Shown: positions 1-8,640, counted from the stretch's first letter. The stretch: DNA of 40,881 bases from an uncultured Candidatus Saccharibacteria bacterium (GCA_964391535.1 CAYMMJ010000001.1:1-40881), one strand, 5' to 3'. Notes: generated from the sequence alone by a model not told the origin. Made by a program: numbers and translations.

Positions 1-1
1 C

Positions 2-439
2 CCCACCCAGAAAACCGTTGTGGTGAGCGTGGAAATGTTTAACAAGACATTAGACGAAGGAAGAGCAGGAGACAATGTTGGAATTTTGCTTCGAGGAATA
101 AAAAAAGAAGACATTGAAAGAGGTCAGGTTTTAGCAAAACCTGGTTCAATTACTCCCCACACCGAATTTGAAGGGGAAGTTTATGTTTTAACTAAAGAAG
201 AAGGAGGAAGACATACTCCGTTCTTTTCCGGCTACAAGCCTCAGTTCTATATCAGAACAACAGATGTAACAGGAGAAGTAACCTTGCCCGAAGGAACAGA
301 AATGGTAATGCCGGGAGATACGGTAACTGTTAAAGTCAAGTTGATTGCACCTGTAGCTCTTGAAGAAAAACAAAGGTTTGCTATCAGAGAAGGAGGAAAG
401 ACAGTTGGTGCTGGAGTAGTTACCAAAATAATAAAATAA
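2..439 (+). CDS. tuf: Elongation factor Tu, C-terminal fragment (5' end lies outside the window)
   Basis: Frame is open to the window edge. [33 protein letters not shown] and [16 protein letters not shown] are conserved EF-Tu domain II/III sequence. rpsJ follows, as in str-S10 clusters. Confidence 0.95.
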   Translation, partial: PTQKTVVVSVEMFNKTLDEGRAGDNVGILLRGIKKEDIERGQVLAKPGSITPHTEFEGEVYVLTKEEGGRHTPFFSGYKPQFYIRTTDVTGEVTLPEGTEMVMPGDTVTVKVKLIAPVALEEKQRFAIREGGKTVGAGVVTKIIK

Positions 440-481
440 CAAAAGTTTAAAAATAATATTCGTAATGTTGTAAATCCTGAG

Positions 482-835
482 ATGGCTCCGAAAAAGAAAG
501 AATCTTCTAAGAAAAAAGAACAAGATCAAGAAAAACCTAAGCTTAGAGTGAAACTTAGGGCTTATGATCATAAAATTATTGACAATAGCGCTCGACAGAT
601 CGTGGAGAGTATTTTGCGGTGTGGTGCAAAAGTGATAGGTCCAATTCCTTTACCTACCGAAATTCATAAATATACGGTTAATCGTTCTACTTTTGTACAT
701 AAGGATTCGAGAGAGCAGTTTGAGATGAGGGTTCATAAAAGATTGATTGAAATCCCAAATCCGAATTCAAAAATTATTGATACTCTCAGAGATCTTACTT
801 TACCGGCAGGAGTGGATATAGAGATTAAAACTTAG
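482..835 (+). CDS. rpsJ: 30S ribosomal protein S10 (uS10) with a short Lys-rich N-terminal extension
   Basis: RVKLRAYDH...IGPIPLPT...[20 protein letters not shown] is the S10 core. Position is directly after tuf. Confidence 0.95.
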   Translation: MAPKKKESSKKKEQDQEKPKLRVKLRAYDHKIIDNSARQIVESILRCGAKVIGPIPLPTEIHKYTVNRSTFVHKDSREQFEMRVHKRLIEIPNPNSKIIDTLRDLTLPAGVDIEIKT

Positions 836-897
836 TTTATCTCTCTTAAAAATAATTATGATAATTTGTTTAAAAGAAAGTTGATTTTTAGATTCCG

Positions 898-935
898 AGC
901 CTAGTTTGAGAAGCTGGGCTAGAAGCCCAGTTTTT
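898..935 (+). promoter_or_regulatory. Candidate intrinsic terminator with a competing antiterminator helix in the rpsJ-rplC spacer
   Basis: Terminator: CTGGGC (914-919) / GCCCAG (925-930), 5-nt loop, then T5 (931-935). Alternative helix: AGCCTAG (898-904) pairs with CTGGGCT (914-920), 7 bp including one G-U, and sequesters the 5' arm of the terminator. Confidence 0.4.
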
Positions 936-949
936 CATTGAAGAGATTT

Positions 950-1543
950 ATGTCTAAATTCATTCTTGGAAAAAAATTAGAAATGTCTCAAATCTTTAAG
1001 GAGAACGGAGAAGTAGTTCCGGTAACTTTAGTTGAGGCAGGACCTTGTCAAGTGGTACAGGTAAAAACAAAAGAAAAAGACGGATATGGAGCGGTGCAGA
1101 TAGGATTTGAGAAGATTAAAAAACAAAAAAAGGTAAAAAAGACGATGAAAGGAAAAGAATTTAAGTATCTTAGAGAATTCAAAGGAACCCAAGATTTAAA
1201 AGTTGGAGACCAAATAGATGTCTCTATTTTTAAGGAAGGCGAAAAAGTAAAGATTTCGGGCTTTTCCAAAGGAAAAGGTTTTCAAGGAGCAGTGAAGCGA
1301 TGGGGTTTTTCTGGCAGAGGAGCTTCTCATGGAGTAAAACATGAGGCTCGCACTCTGGGTTCGGTGGGATCTTCCTTCCCTCAAAGAGTTATTAAAGGAA
1401 GAAAAATGCCCGGGCGCATGGGATTTAGGAGAGTGACAATAAAAAATTTAGAAATAGTAAAAATAGATAAAGCAAATAATATTTTAGTGATTAAAGGCGC
1501 CATACCTGGAAGAAAAGGCACGTTATTGGAAATTCAAGGATAA
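950..1543 (+). CDS. rplC: 50S ribosomal protein L3 (uL3)
   Basis: KGKGFQGAVKRWGFSG..ASHG motif and operon position. I prefer ATG 950 (MSKFILGKK...) over the in-frame TTG at 938 used by the ORF track. Confidence 0.93.
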   Translation: MSKFILGKKLEMSQIFKENGEVVPVTLVEAGPCQVVQVKTKEKDGYGAVQIGFEKIKKQKKVKKTMKGKEFKYLREFKGTQDLKVGDQIDVSIFKEGEKVKISGFSKGKGFQGAVKRWGFSGRGASHGVKHEARTLGSVGSSFPQRVIKGRKMPGRMGFRRVTIKNLEIVKIDKANNILVIKGAIPGRKGTLLEIQG

Positions 1544-1574
1544 AAAATGCACCTTTGGCTTTTGCCTCCGGTGC
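1542..1574 (-). terminator. Intrinsic terminator for the minus-strand mini-gene
   Basis: Minus-strand read: GCACC-GGA-GGC-AAAA-GCC-AAA-GGTGC followed by ATTTTTT. The U-tract is the complement of A1542-1547 and overlaps the rplC stop codon. No T-run follows the same hairpin on the + strand. Confidence 0.55.
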
Positions 1575-1603
1575 CGAAAGAACAAAGAGAGAAAGGATTA
1601 TTT

Positions 1604-1643
1604 TCTCGGATGCGTAACTAGCATCTCGGATGTGTAAGTAGCA
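1604..1643. repeat. 20-nt direct tandem duplication (18/20 identical)
   Basis: TCTCGGATGCGTAACTAGCA (1604-1623) is immediately followed by TCTCGGATGTGTAAGTAGCA (1624-1643). It spans the stop codon of the minus-strand mini-gene. Confidence 0.85.
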
Positions 1644-1812
1644 TATCTGCTATGGTATATATAGTGAATAGGAAGACTGCTGCAAATGTACATATTACCA
1701 TTTTTGTCGCTGATTCTCCGGTTATATAGTAATACACTGCTAGAGCCGCGCTTATCCCTGATACTGTTAATAGAAGTTCTACTCCAGCAAATAGCCACCA
1801 CCATTTATTCAT
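1618..1812 (-). CDS. Small hydrophobic protein (64 aa, two predicted transmembrane helices), antisense to the S10 operon
   Basis: ATG 1812 is preceded by GAGGTGAT (1823-1816). Hydrophobic segments are WWWLFAGVELLLTVSGISAALAVYYYI and MVICTFAAVFLFTIYTIADMLL. It has its own promoter and terminator (separate features). I recognise no family. Confidence 0.6.
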   Translation of the reverse strand: MNKWWWLFAGVELLLTVSGISAALAVYYYITGESATKMVICTFAAVFLFTIYTIADMLLTHPRC

Positions 1813-1839
1813 TTCATCACCTCATTGAGTTACGTTATA

Positions 1840-1868
1840 ATTTTAACATAAAATTTTATGAATGTCAA
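1840..1868 (-). promoter_or_regulatory. Sigma70-type promoter for the mini-gene: TTGACA-17-TAAAAT
   Basis: Reverse complement of 1863-1868 is TTGACA, overlapping rplD codons 2-4. A 17-nt spacer follows, and the reverse complement of 1840-1845 is TAAAAT. Predicted TSS is near 1833, giving a ~20-nt leader that contains the SD. Confidence 0.55.
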
Positions 1869-2505
1869 GGTGTACAATCAAGAGGGAAAGAAAACAGGAG
1901 AGATTTCTCTTCCAAAAGAGATTTTTGGAGTTGCGCTTAACTCTGATTTGGTTCATCAGGTGGCTGTTTCTCAAATGGCTAATCGCAGAAAACCAATTGC
2001 TCACACAAAAGACAGAGGAGAAGTTTCAGGAGGGGGAAGAAAACCGTGGCGTCAAAAAGGAACAGGACGAGCAAGGCATGGTTCTATTCGTTCTCCTATT
2101 TGGATAGGAGGAGGTGTGGCTTTTGGGCCAAGGAAAGAGAAAAGATTTGAGAAGAAAATTCCCAAGAAAATGAAAAGAAAAGCATTATTTATGGTTCTGT
2201 CCGCTAAAGCAAAGGAAGGTTTATTAATAGTGATTGAAGATTTGAAGTTGGAAAAAATTAAAACTAAGCTAATAACTAATATTTTGAATAAACTTCCGTC
2301 AAAGAATCAAAGCTGTTTGGTTGCTTTGCCAAAGGTTGACAAGAATGTGGTTCTGTCTGCCAGAAATATCCCTAAGATAGAAACAATAGAAGCACGCAAC
2401 CTGAATGTCTTAGACCTGCTCTCTTTCAAGTATTTGATAATGCCCAAGGATTCAATAAAAGTGGTTAAAGAAACTTTTCTTAAAAAAGAAAATAAGAAAA
2501 AATAA
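1858..2505 (+). CDS. rplD: 50S ribosomal protein L4 (uL4)
   Basis: GGGRKPWRQKGTGRARHGSIRSPIWIGGGVAFGP motif and operon position. Confidence 0.95.
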   Translation: MNVKVYNQEGKKTGEISLPKEIFGVALNSDLVHQVAVSQMANRRKPIAHTKDRGEVSGGGRKPWRQKGTGRARHGSIRSPIWIGGGVAFGPRKEKRFEKKIPKKMKRKALFMVLSAKAKEGLLIVIEDLKLEKIKTKLITNILNKLPSKNQSCLVALPKVDKNVVLSARNIPKIETIEARNLNVLDLLSFKYLIMPKDSIKVVKETFLKKENKKK

Positions 2506-2516
2506 AATTGTTCAAT

Positions 2517-2984
2517 ATGGCAATTTTAGATATCCTAAAAAAGAAGAAAGAAAAGACTCCAAAAAAGCCTTCAAAAAAAGAAAAGCTGGAGAAGGTGGCT
2601 AAAAAATCAGCTGTTCAAAAAAAAGAAGAGAAGAAAGAAAAGATAGAAAAGCCAAAAGAAAAGAAGGTAAGAGAAAAACGAGGTACAGGAGGGAATAAAT
2701 ACATCCTTTCCTATAGAATAATGAAACGGCCTCACATTACCGAAAAAGCTACAAAACTTAGTGAGAAAAATGAATATGTTTTTGAGGTATATCCTTACGC
2801 CAACAAAACAGAGATTAAAAAATCAATAGAAAGCCTATATGGTGTTGATGTTTTAGACGTGAGAACAGTTGTTGTGCCTCGAAAGAGAAGAAGATTGGGG
2901 AGGACGCAAGGTTTTAAGAAAGGATATAAAAAAGCGATTGTTAAAATAAAAGAAGGCCAGAAGATAGAAATCTTGCCAAGATAA
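2517..2984 (+). CDS. rplW: 50S ribosomal protein L23 (uL23) with a ~65-aa Lys/Glu-rich N-terminal extension
   Basis: The C-terminal ~90 aa ([11 protein letters not shown]...YVFEV...[16 protein letters not shown]) form the L23 core. ATG 2517 is preferred over the in-frame TTG at 2508. Confidence 0.9.
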   Translation: MAILDILKKKKEKTPKKPSKKEKLEKVAKKSAVQKKEEKKEKIEKPKEKKVREKRGTGGNKYILSYRIMKRPHITEKATKLSEKNEYVFEVYPYANKTEIKKSIESLYGVDVLDVRTVVVPRKRRRLGRTQGFKKGYKKAIVKIKEGQKIEILPR

Positions 2985-2985
2985 T

Positions 2986-3816
2986 ATGAAAAAATATAAA
3001 CCAACAACTCCCACAAGGAGACATATGACAACGAAAGATTTTTCCGTTCTGACTAAGAAAAAGCCGGAAAAAAAACTTACTAAGCCTTTAAAGAAAACAG
3101 GAGGACGGAATAACGCTGGAAGAATTACAGTAAGGCATCGTGGAGGAGGTTCAAAGAAACTTTATAGAATAGTAGAATTCGGTCAAAAAAGATTAGATGT
3201 GCCAGCAAAGGTTATTGCTTTGGAATACGATCCTAACAGAACTGCTTTCCTTGCCTTACTTCAATATTCTGATGGAGAAAAAAAATACATTATTGCCCCT
3301 CATAACTTAAGAGTAGGAGATGAAATCTTGTTTTCGGAAAAAGCTCCTGTTTCTATTGGAAATAGAATGAAGTTAAAAAATATACCTGTAGGAACAGTGG
3401 TGCATAATATTGAACTTATGCCGGGTCAAGGAGGAAGGCTTGTAAGAAGCGCAGGTTCTGGTGCTGTTGTATTAGCTCACGAAGGTAAGTTTTGTCATCT
3501 TAAAATGCCCTCTACCGAAATCAGAAAAGTTCCCGCAGAGTGTTTTGCTTCAATTGGAGAAGTTTCTTGTCCGGAACATAGATTTGTGAAAATAGGAAAA
3601 GCAGGACGCTCAAGACATAGAGGCAGGAGACCTACTGTTAGAGGGTCAGCAATGGGAGCGTCTGATCATCCTCATGGAGGAGGAGAAGGAAGATCTCCAA
3701 TTGGATTAAAATATCCAAAGACTCCGTGGGGAAAACCAGCAAAAGGAGTAAAGACAAGAAAAAAGAAAAAACCGTCGGATAAATTAATAATATCTCGAAG
3801 AAAGAAAAAGAAATAA
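2986..3816 (+). CDS. rplB: 50S ribosomal protein L2 (uL2)
   Basis: [21 protein letters not shown] and [11 protein letters not shown] motifs. Lys-rich C-terminal tail. Confidence 0.97.
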   Translation: MKKYKPTTPTRRHMTTKDFSVLTKKKPEKKLTKPLKKTGGRNNAGRITVRHRGGGSKKLYRIVEFGQKRLDVPAKVIALEYDPNRTAFLALLQYSDGEKKYIIAPHNLRVGDEILFSEKAPVSIGNRMKLKNIPVGTVVHNIELMPGQGGRLVRSAGSGAVVLAHEGKFCHLKMPSTEIRKVPAECFASIGEVSCPEHRFVKIGKAGRSRHRGRRPTVRGSAMGASDHPHGGGEGRSPIGLKYPKTPWGKPAKGVKTRKKKKPSDKLIISRRKKKK

Positions 3817-3822
3817 AAATAT

Positions 3823-4146
3823 ATGCCTCGATCAATTAAAAAAGGTCCATTTGTAGATCCAAAACTTCTTAAAAAGATGGAGAAGTTTAGGGCAGAGAAG
3901 GATAAGATGGTAATTAAAACTTGGTCGCGTGATTCAACCATTACTCCAGAAATGGTAGGTTTTACATTTGGGGTGCATAATGGCAAAGAACATATCCCAG
4001 TAAAGGTAACAGAAGAGATGGTGGGGCATAAATTAGGAGAGTTCGCTCCTACTACTAAGTTTTTCCGGCACGGAGGAAAAATGCAGAGAGAATTAGAATC
4101 AAAAGCCGCTGCTCAGGAAAAAAGAAAAACAGAACAATCTAAGTAA
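3823..4146 (+). CDS. rpsS: 30S ribosomal protein S19 (uS19)
   Basis: [11 protein letters not shown]...HNGK.HIPV.V...[16 protein letters not shown]. Confidence 0.96.
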   Translation: MPRSIKKGPFVDPKLLKKMEKFRAEKDKMVIKTWSRDSTITPEMVGFTFGVHNGKEHIPVKVTEEMVGHKLGEFAPTTKFFRHGGKMQRELESKAAAQEKRKTEQSK

Positions 4147-4157
4147 AAATTTAGAGT

Positions 4158-4703
4158 ATGGAAGTTAAAGTTAAATTAAGACATTTAAGAATAGCGCCTC
4201 GAAAAGTTCGTTTGATAGCCGATTTGATTAGAGGAAAAGGAGCTATAGAAGCGCAGGCTTTGTTGAATTTTTGTAAGAAAAGGGCAGCTTTACCAGTATC
4301 GAAACTTTTGAAGTCAGCCTTGGCTAACGCTAAAAATAATTTAAACATAGAAGAATCAAATTTATTTATTTCAAAAATCACTGTCGATGAGGGGCCTAAG
4401 TTAAAAAGATGGAGGCCTCGTTCAAGAGGGCAAGCTTTTGAGATTCAAAAAAAGACTTCCCATATTACTTTAGTTTTAAAAGAAAAAGAAGAAACAAAGG
4501 AGAAGAGAACAAAAAAAACTAAGAAGGCAAAAGAATCTAAACCTTCTTCTATTAGAGAAGAGAAACCAGAAATCTCAAAAGAAAAACCGGAAGGAGTTGA
4601 GAGGTCAGACAAAATAGCTAAGAAAGTAAAACCTAAAAAAGAATTTCAAAAACCATTTACTCGAAAAATAACACCCAAAATGTTTAGAAGAAAAGCATTT
4701 TAG
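4158..4703 (+). CDS. rplV: 50S ribosomal protein L22 (uL22) with a ~70-aa Lys/Glu-rich C-terminal extension
   Basis: The N-terminal ~110 aa (LRIAPRKVRLIADLIRG...EGP.LKRWRPRSRGQA..I.KKTSHIT) form the L22 core. The tail is low complexity. Confidence 0.93.
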   Translation: MEVKVKLRHLRIAPRKVRLIADLIRGKGAIEAQALLNFCKKRAALPVSKLLKSALANAKNNLNIEESNLFISKITVDEGPKLKRWRPRSRGQAFEIQKKTSHITLVLKEKEETKEKRTKKTKKAKESKPSSIREEKPEISKEKPEGVERSDKIAKKVKPKKEFQKPFTRKITPKMFRRKAF

Positions 4704-4719
4704 CGATTATAATAAAGAT

Positions 4720-5361
4720 ATGGCTCACAAAGTTCACCCAAAAGTATTTAGAATAAAAGAAACTGCGCACTGGAATTCTCGCTGGATAGAAAAAAAAGAT
4801 TTTTCTAAAAATTTAGAAGAAGATTTTAGAATTAGAGAGTTTCTTTCTGACAAGTTAAAAAATGCCGGCGTGGAAAAAATCGAGATTGAGAGATTCCCCG
4901 GAAAAATTAATGTGATTATCTATTGTGCTCGACCAGGATTGGCGATTGGTAGAGGAGGAGAAGGTATTGAGAAGCTAAGAGAAGAATTAATCAAGAAAAT
5001 TTTAAAAATAGAGAAAAAGAAAGAACTAAAATTAGAAATTCAGGGCATTAAGAATCCTTGGACGAGTGCAACATTGGTGAGCCAATGGATTGCTCAACAG
5101 TTGGAAAGAAGAACTCCCTACAGAAGAGTTTTAAAAAGAGCCTTGAGTAAAGTGATGACTAATAGAGACATAAAAGGAGTAAAGTTAGAAGTATCTGGAA
5201 GGTTAAACGGGACAGAGATTGCTCGCAAAGAGTGGCTAAAAGAAGGAAAACTTCCTCGGCAGACCATAAGAGCAGATATTGATTACGGAGAATCAAGGGC
5301 TCATTGTACATACGGAACAATTGGAGTAAAGGTTTGGATGTACAAAGGCGAAAAACTTTAA
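4720..5361 (+). CDS. rpsC: 30S ribosomal protein S3 (uS3)
   Basis: HKVHP..FR......W.S.W; KH domain [14 protein letters not shown]; ...GRLNG.EIAR.EW..EG..P..T.RADIDY. Confidence 0.96.
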   Translation: MAHKVHPKVFRIKETAHWNSRWIEKKDFSKNLEEDFRIREFLSDKLKNAGVEKIEIERFPGKINVIIYCARPGLAIGRGGEGIEKLREELIKKILKIEKKKELKLEIQGIKNPWTSATLVSQWIAQQLERRTPYRRVLKRALSKVMTNRDIKGVKLEVSGRLNGTEIARKEWLKEGKLPRQTIRADIDYGESRAHCTYGTIGVKVWMYKGEKL

Positions 5362-5378
5362 GGAAAAGATGTTTTAAT

Positions 5379-5789
5379 ATGCAGTTAGCGCCAAAGAAAA
5401 CAAAACATAGAAAATGGCAAAAAGGAAGAGCAAAAGGAATAGAAACACGGGGAACCGAACTTAAATTCGGGACATTCGGTCTTAAAAGTTTGGATACGAA
5501 ATGGATTACTGCTCGACAAATTGAAGCGGCACGGAGAGTTATAATTAGATATATTAGAAAAGGAGGAAAGTTGTGGATTAGAATTTTTCCCGACAAACCT
5601 ATTACTAGAAAAGGGACAGAAGTTCCTATGGGCGGAGGAAAAGGAAGTGTTGAGTTCTATGTTGCTTGGGTAAAAAAGGGACGAATTTTATTTGAGTTAG
5701 AAGGAATTTCTGAAGATAAAGCCAGAGAAGCTTTGAGAAAAGCGGGTGATAAATTGCCTGTGAAAACCAAAATTATTAAAAAACAATGA
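5379..5789 (+). CDS. rplP: 50S ribosomal protein L16 (uL16)
   Basis: [20 protein letters not shown] is the typical L16 N-terminus. The track start at 5304 would overlap rpsC by 58 nt, so I chose ATG 5379. The stop TGA overlaps the rpmC ATG (ATGA). Confidence 0.93.
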   Translation: MQLAPKKTKHRKWQKGRAKGIETRGTELKFGTFGLKSLDTKWITARQIEAARRVIIRYIRKGGKLWIRIFPDKPITRKGTEVPMGGGKGSVEFYVAWVKKGRILFELEGISEDKAREALRKAGDKLPVKTKIIKKQ

Positions 5790-5974
5790 AGATAAATCAG
5801 TTACGTCAAAAATCAAAATCAGAGCTTCAGAAAATGCTTGCTGAGCTTCGAGAGAAATTACGGGAAATGAAGTTTAATTTAGCCTCTGGAAAGGTAAAAA
5901 AGATAAGCGAAATCAGAGAGTTAAGAAAAGATATTGCTCGAATACTAACTATTTTAAACGAGAAAAGAGATTAA
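5786..5974 (+). CDS. rpmC: 50S ribosomal protein L29 (uL29)
   Basis: Size, [23 protein letters not shown] motif and operon position. Confidence 0.9.
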   Translation: MKINQLRQKSKSELQKMLAELREKLREMKFNLASGKVKKISEIRELRKDIARILTILNEKRD

Positions 5975-5978
5975 AATT

Positions 5979-6215
5979 ATGCCTAAACGTCAATTAAAAG
6001 GAATAATAATTTCTTGTAAGATGCAAAAAACTGTGGTTGTGAAGGTTGGTAGGACAAAAATACACCCAAAGTATAAGAAAAGATATATCGTTCATAAGAA
6101 ATATAAAGCGCATTGCGACATTGCTGATTTAAAAGAAGGGGATAAAGTTATGATTGAAGAATGTCGTCCGGTGAGCAAGGAAAAAAAATGGAAGGTGATT
6201 AAAAAAATAGATTAG
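5979..6215 (+). CDS. rpsQ: 30S ribosomal protein S17 (uS17)
   Basis: G.I.S.KM.KTVVV.V.R...HP.YKK...H.KKYKAH motif and position. Confidence 0.93.
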   Translation: MPKRQLKGIIISCKMQKTVVVKVGRTKIHPKYKKRYIVHKKYKAHCDIADLKEGDKVMIEECRPVSKEKKWKVIKKID

Positions 6216-6227
6216 TTTTAAATATCT

Positions 6228-6596
6228 ATGATTCAAGAAAGAACAATGTTAAATGTAGCCGATAATAGTGGAGCAAAACTGATCCAGTGTATTAAAGTTC
6301 CCGGCGGTACTCGAAGGAGATACGCTCAAATCGGCGATATAATTGTTGCTTCGGTGAAAAAAGCCGAGCCTCGCAAGGAAGTTAAAAAGCATCAGGTAGT
6401 TCGAGCAGTTGTTGTTCGTCAGAAAAGAAATTTTCGTCGAAAAGACGGTACCTATATTCGTTTTAGCGAAAACGCTGCTGTAATTTTAGGACCCAAAAAA
6501 GAGCCAAAAGGAGGAAGAATTTTTGGGCCTATACCGCGAGAGATAAAAGAAAAAGGGTTTAAAACAATAGCCAATTTAGCCCCAGAATTAGTTTAA
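6228..6596 (+). CDS. rplN: 50S ribosomal protein L14 (uL14)
   Basis: [17 protein letters not shown]...[10 protein letters not shown]. 122 aa. Confidence 0.97.
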   Translation: MIQERTMLNVADNSGAKLIQCIKVPGGTRRRYAQIGDIIVASVKKAEPRKEVKKHQVVRAVVVRQKRNFRRKDGTYIRFSENAAVILGPKKEPKGGRIFGPIPREIKEKGFKTIANLAPELV

Positions 6597-6608
6597 GAAA
6601 ACAAGAAT

Positions 6609-6914
6609 ATGAAGATTAAAAAAGGAGACCAAGTTTTAGTTATTTCGGGGAAATATCGTGGCAAAAAAGGTAAAGTTATTAAGGCTTTGCCAGAAAAAGA
6701 GAGAATAGTTGTCGAGGGAGTAAATATTGTTAAGAAACATGTTCGTCCCCGTAAATCAGGAGAGAAAGGTCAGGTTGTTGAAATGCCGGCTCCTTTTCAT
6801 GTTTCTAATGTAAAATTGATATGCCCTAACTGTAAACAGCCGACCCGAGTTGGTTACAAAATCGAGGGAAAAAAGAAATATCGAATTTGCAAAAAATGTA
6901 AAAAAGAAATATGA
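6609..6914 (+). CDS. rplX: 50S ribosomal protein L24 (uL24) with a four-Cys C-terminal ribbon
   Basis: IKKGDQVLVISGKYRGKKGKV...VEGVNIVKKH KOW core. C-terminus reads CPNC...CKKC. Confidence 0.94.
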   Translation: MKIKKGDQVLVISGKYRGKKGKVIKALPEKERIVVEGVNIVKKHVRPRKSGEKGQVVEMPAPFHVSNVKLICPNCKQPTRVGYKIEGKKKYRICKKCKKEI

Positions 6915-7480
6915 TAATTCATTTGAAAGAAAAATATAATAAGGAGGCGATTCCTAAAATGAAAGAGAAGTTTGGCTATAAAAATAATCTGGCCGTGCCT
7001 TCTATAAAGAAAGTAGTGGTAAACGTTGGGTTTGGAAAGCATATAACTGGGAAAACCGGTCAGGAAAGAGATAAGATTATAGATTCTTTTATAAAAGATC
7101 TTGCTTTAATAACAGGTCAAAAACCAGTTCTAAGAAATGCCAGAAAGTCGATTTCTAGTTTCAAAGTTCGTAAAGGAATGCCTGTTGGAGCTGTTTGTAC
7201 TTTGAGGGGTCAGAAAATGTATGATTTTTTAGAAAGGTTAATTCATATTGCTCTTCCTCGTTCGCGAGATTTTAAAGGAATTAGTCAAAAGTCTGTAGAC
7301 AGGGAAGGAAATCTAACAGTTGGGATTAAGGAACACATTGTCTTTCCTGAAGTGTCTCCTGAGAGAGCTAAACAAATTTTTGGATTTGAGATTACAATAG
7401 TAACTAATGCAAAAACGAAAGAAGAAGGGCTGGAACTTTTTAAATTACTTGGATTTCCGATAAAAAAAGAAAATGCCTAA
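6911..7480 (+). CDS. rplE: 50S ribosomal protein L5 (uL5)
   Basis: [21 protein letters not shown]...[11 protein letters not shown]...[23 protein letters not shown]. Confidence 0.96.
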   Translation: MIIHLKEKYNKEAIPKMKEKFGYKNNLAVPSIKKVVVNVGFGKHITGKTGQERDKIIDSFIKDLALITGQKPVLRNARKSISSFKVRKGMPVGAVCTLRGQKMYDFLERLIHIALPRSRDFKGISQKSVDREGNLTVGIKEHIVFPEVSPERAKQIFGFEITIVTNAKTKEEGLELFKLLGFPIKKENA

Positions 7481-7658
7481 AAAATCACAAATTGTTAAAT
7501 CAAAAAAACAACCAAAATTTAAAACTCGGGTCGTTCGACGTTGTTTTAGATGTGGAAGAAAAAGAGGGTATATGAGAAAATTCGGATTATGCAGGATATG
7601 TTTTAGAGAAATGGCTAATCGTGGACTAATCCCGGGTGTCAAAAAATCGTCTTGGTAA
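7473..7658 (+). CDS. rpsN: 30S ribosomal protein S14, short zinc-binding type Z (uS14)
   Basis: 61 aa with [20 protein letters not shown] (CxxC...CxxC). Confidence 0.95.
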   Translation: MPKKSQIVKSKKQPKFKTRVVRRCFRCGRKRGYMRKFGLCRICFREMANRGLIPGVKKSSW

Positions 7659-7670
7659 AATGATAAAATT

Positions 7671-8060
7671 ATGACTGATCCAATAGCCGACATGTTAACC
7701 AGAATAAGAAACGCTCAAATGGCTTCATTAAGTGAAGTAAGGATTCCTTTTTCTCGTCTTAAATATGAAATTGCGCGTATTCTGGAAGAGAATAAGTTTG
7801 TAGAAAAAGTAGAGAGGACAGGAAGGGGAAATAGAAAAAGTATCAAAATTTATCTGAAATATACAGAAGGAGAACCAGCCATTTCTGGAATTAAGAGGGT
7901 GTCCAAACCAGGTCATAGGGTATACTTGCCAGTGAAAAAAATTAAAAGAGTGAAAGAAGGATTTGGTATTGCTATTATTTCTACTCCAAAAGGATTAATG
8001 ACAGATAAAATGGCAAGACGTAATAAAACTGGGGGGGAGATAATTTGTGAAGTTTGGTAA
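7671..8060 (+). CDS. rpsH: 30S ribosomal protein S8 (uS8)
   Basis: TDPIADMLTRIRNA motif. 129 aa. Confidence 0.97.
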   Translation: MTDPIADMLTRIRNAQMASLSEVRIPFSRLKYEIARILEENKFVEKVERTGRGNRKSIKIYLKYTEGEPAISGIKRVSKPGHRVYLPVKKIKRVKEGFGIAIISTPKGLMTDKMARRNKTGGEIICEVW

Positions 8061-8080
8061 AATTATTTAATTATTAGTAT

Positions 8081-8626
8081 ATGTCTCGAATAGGAAAAAA
8101 ACCAATTGAAATACCGAAAGATGCAGAAGTTAAAATAGAAAATAGAACTATTATAGTGAAAGGGCCAAAAGGCGAATTATCTTATCAGTATCGTCCTGAA
8201 ATTTCTATCGAGTTAAAGGACGGAAAAATTATTGTTTTTCCTCAGAAAAAAACAAAAAAAACCAGTGCTTTCTGGGGGTTAACAAGGGCGCTTCTTGCTA
8301 ATATGATTAAGGGCGTTGTGGAAGGGTTTGAGAAAAAATTAGAAATAAGAGGAATAGGATATAGAGCTGCTCTTGAGGGAGAAGACCTTGTTCTCAATCT
8401 TGGTTTTTCGCACCCCGTAAAGATTAAGAAACCCGAAGGAATAAAATTTAGCGTGGAAAAAAACATTATTAGCGTTCAAGGAATTGACAAACAGCTTGTT
8501 GGGCAAATAGCCGCAAAAATCAGAAAACTTCGTCCACCTGAACCTTATAAAGGAAAAGGCATAAGATATTTAGGCGAAGAAGTTATCAAGAAAGAAGGAA
8601 AGAAGGCGGCTACAACTACTCAATAG
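8081..8626 (+). CDS. rplF: 50S ribosomal protein L6 (uL6)
   Basis: [12 protein letters not shown].......I.VKGPKGEL...EIRGIGYRA. Confidence 0.96.
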   Translation: MSRIGKKPIEIPKDAEVKIENRTIIVKGPKGELSYQYRPEISIELKDGKIIVFPQKKTKKTSAFWGLTRALLANMIKGVVEGFEKKLEIRGIGYRAALEGEDLVLNLGFSHPVKIKKPEGIKFSVEKNIISVQGIDKQLVGQIAAKIRKLRPPEPYKGKGIRYLGEEVIKKEGKKAATTTQ

Positions 8627-8640
8627 TAATTAAAGTTATT

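Noticed and set aside
188-571. 127-aa minus-strand ORF overlapping tuf and rpsJ
   Set aside because: It lies entirely antisense to two strongly conserved genes. Its F/L/S-rich low-complexity translation is typical of the antisense frame of Lys/Glu-rich coding sequence. It has no start-site signals.
1598-1940. Alternative ORFs in the rplC-rplD spacer (1598..1804 minus, 1686..1940 plus, 1862..2107 plus)
   Set aside because: 1598..1804 is a different frame of the same strand as the mini-gene, lacks the SD-ATG arrangement, and owes its plausible C-terminus to the 20-nt duplication. The plus-strand ORFs overlap rplD out of frame or lack signals.
5304-5378. Long N-terminal extension of L16 implied by the ORF-track start
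   Set aside because: It would overlap rpsC by 58 nt, and the extra residues have no L16 counterpart. ATG 5379 gives the canonical [13 protein letters not shown]-terminus.
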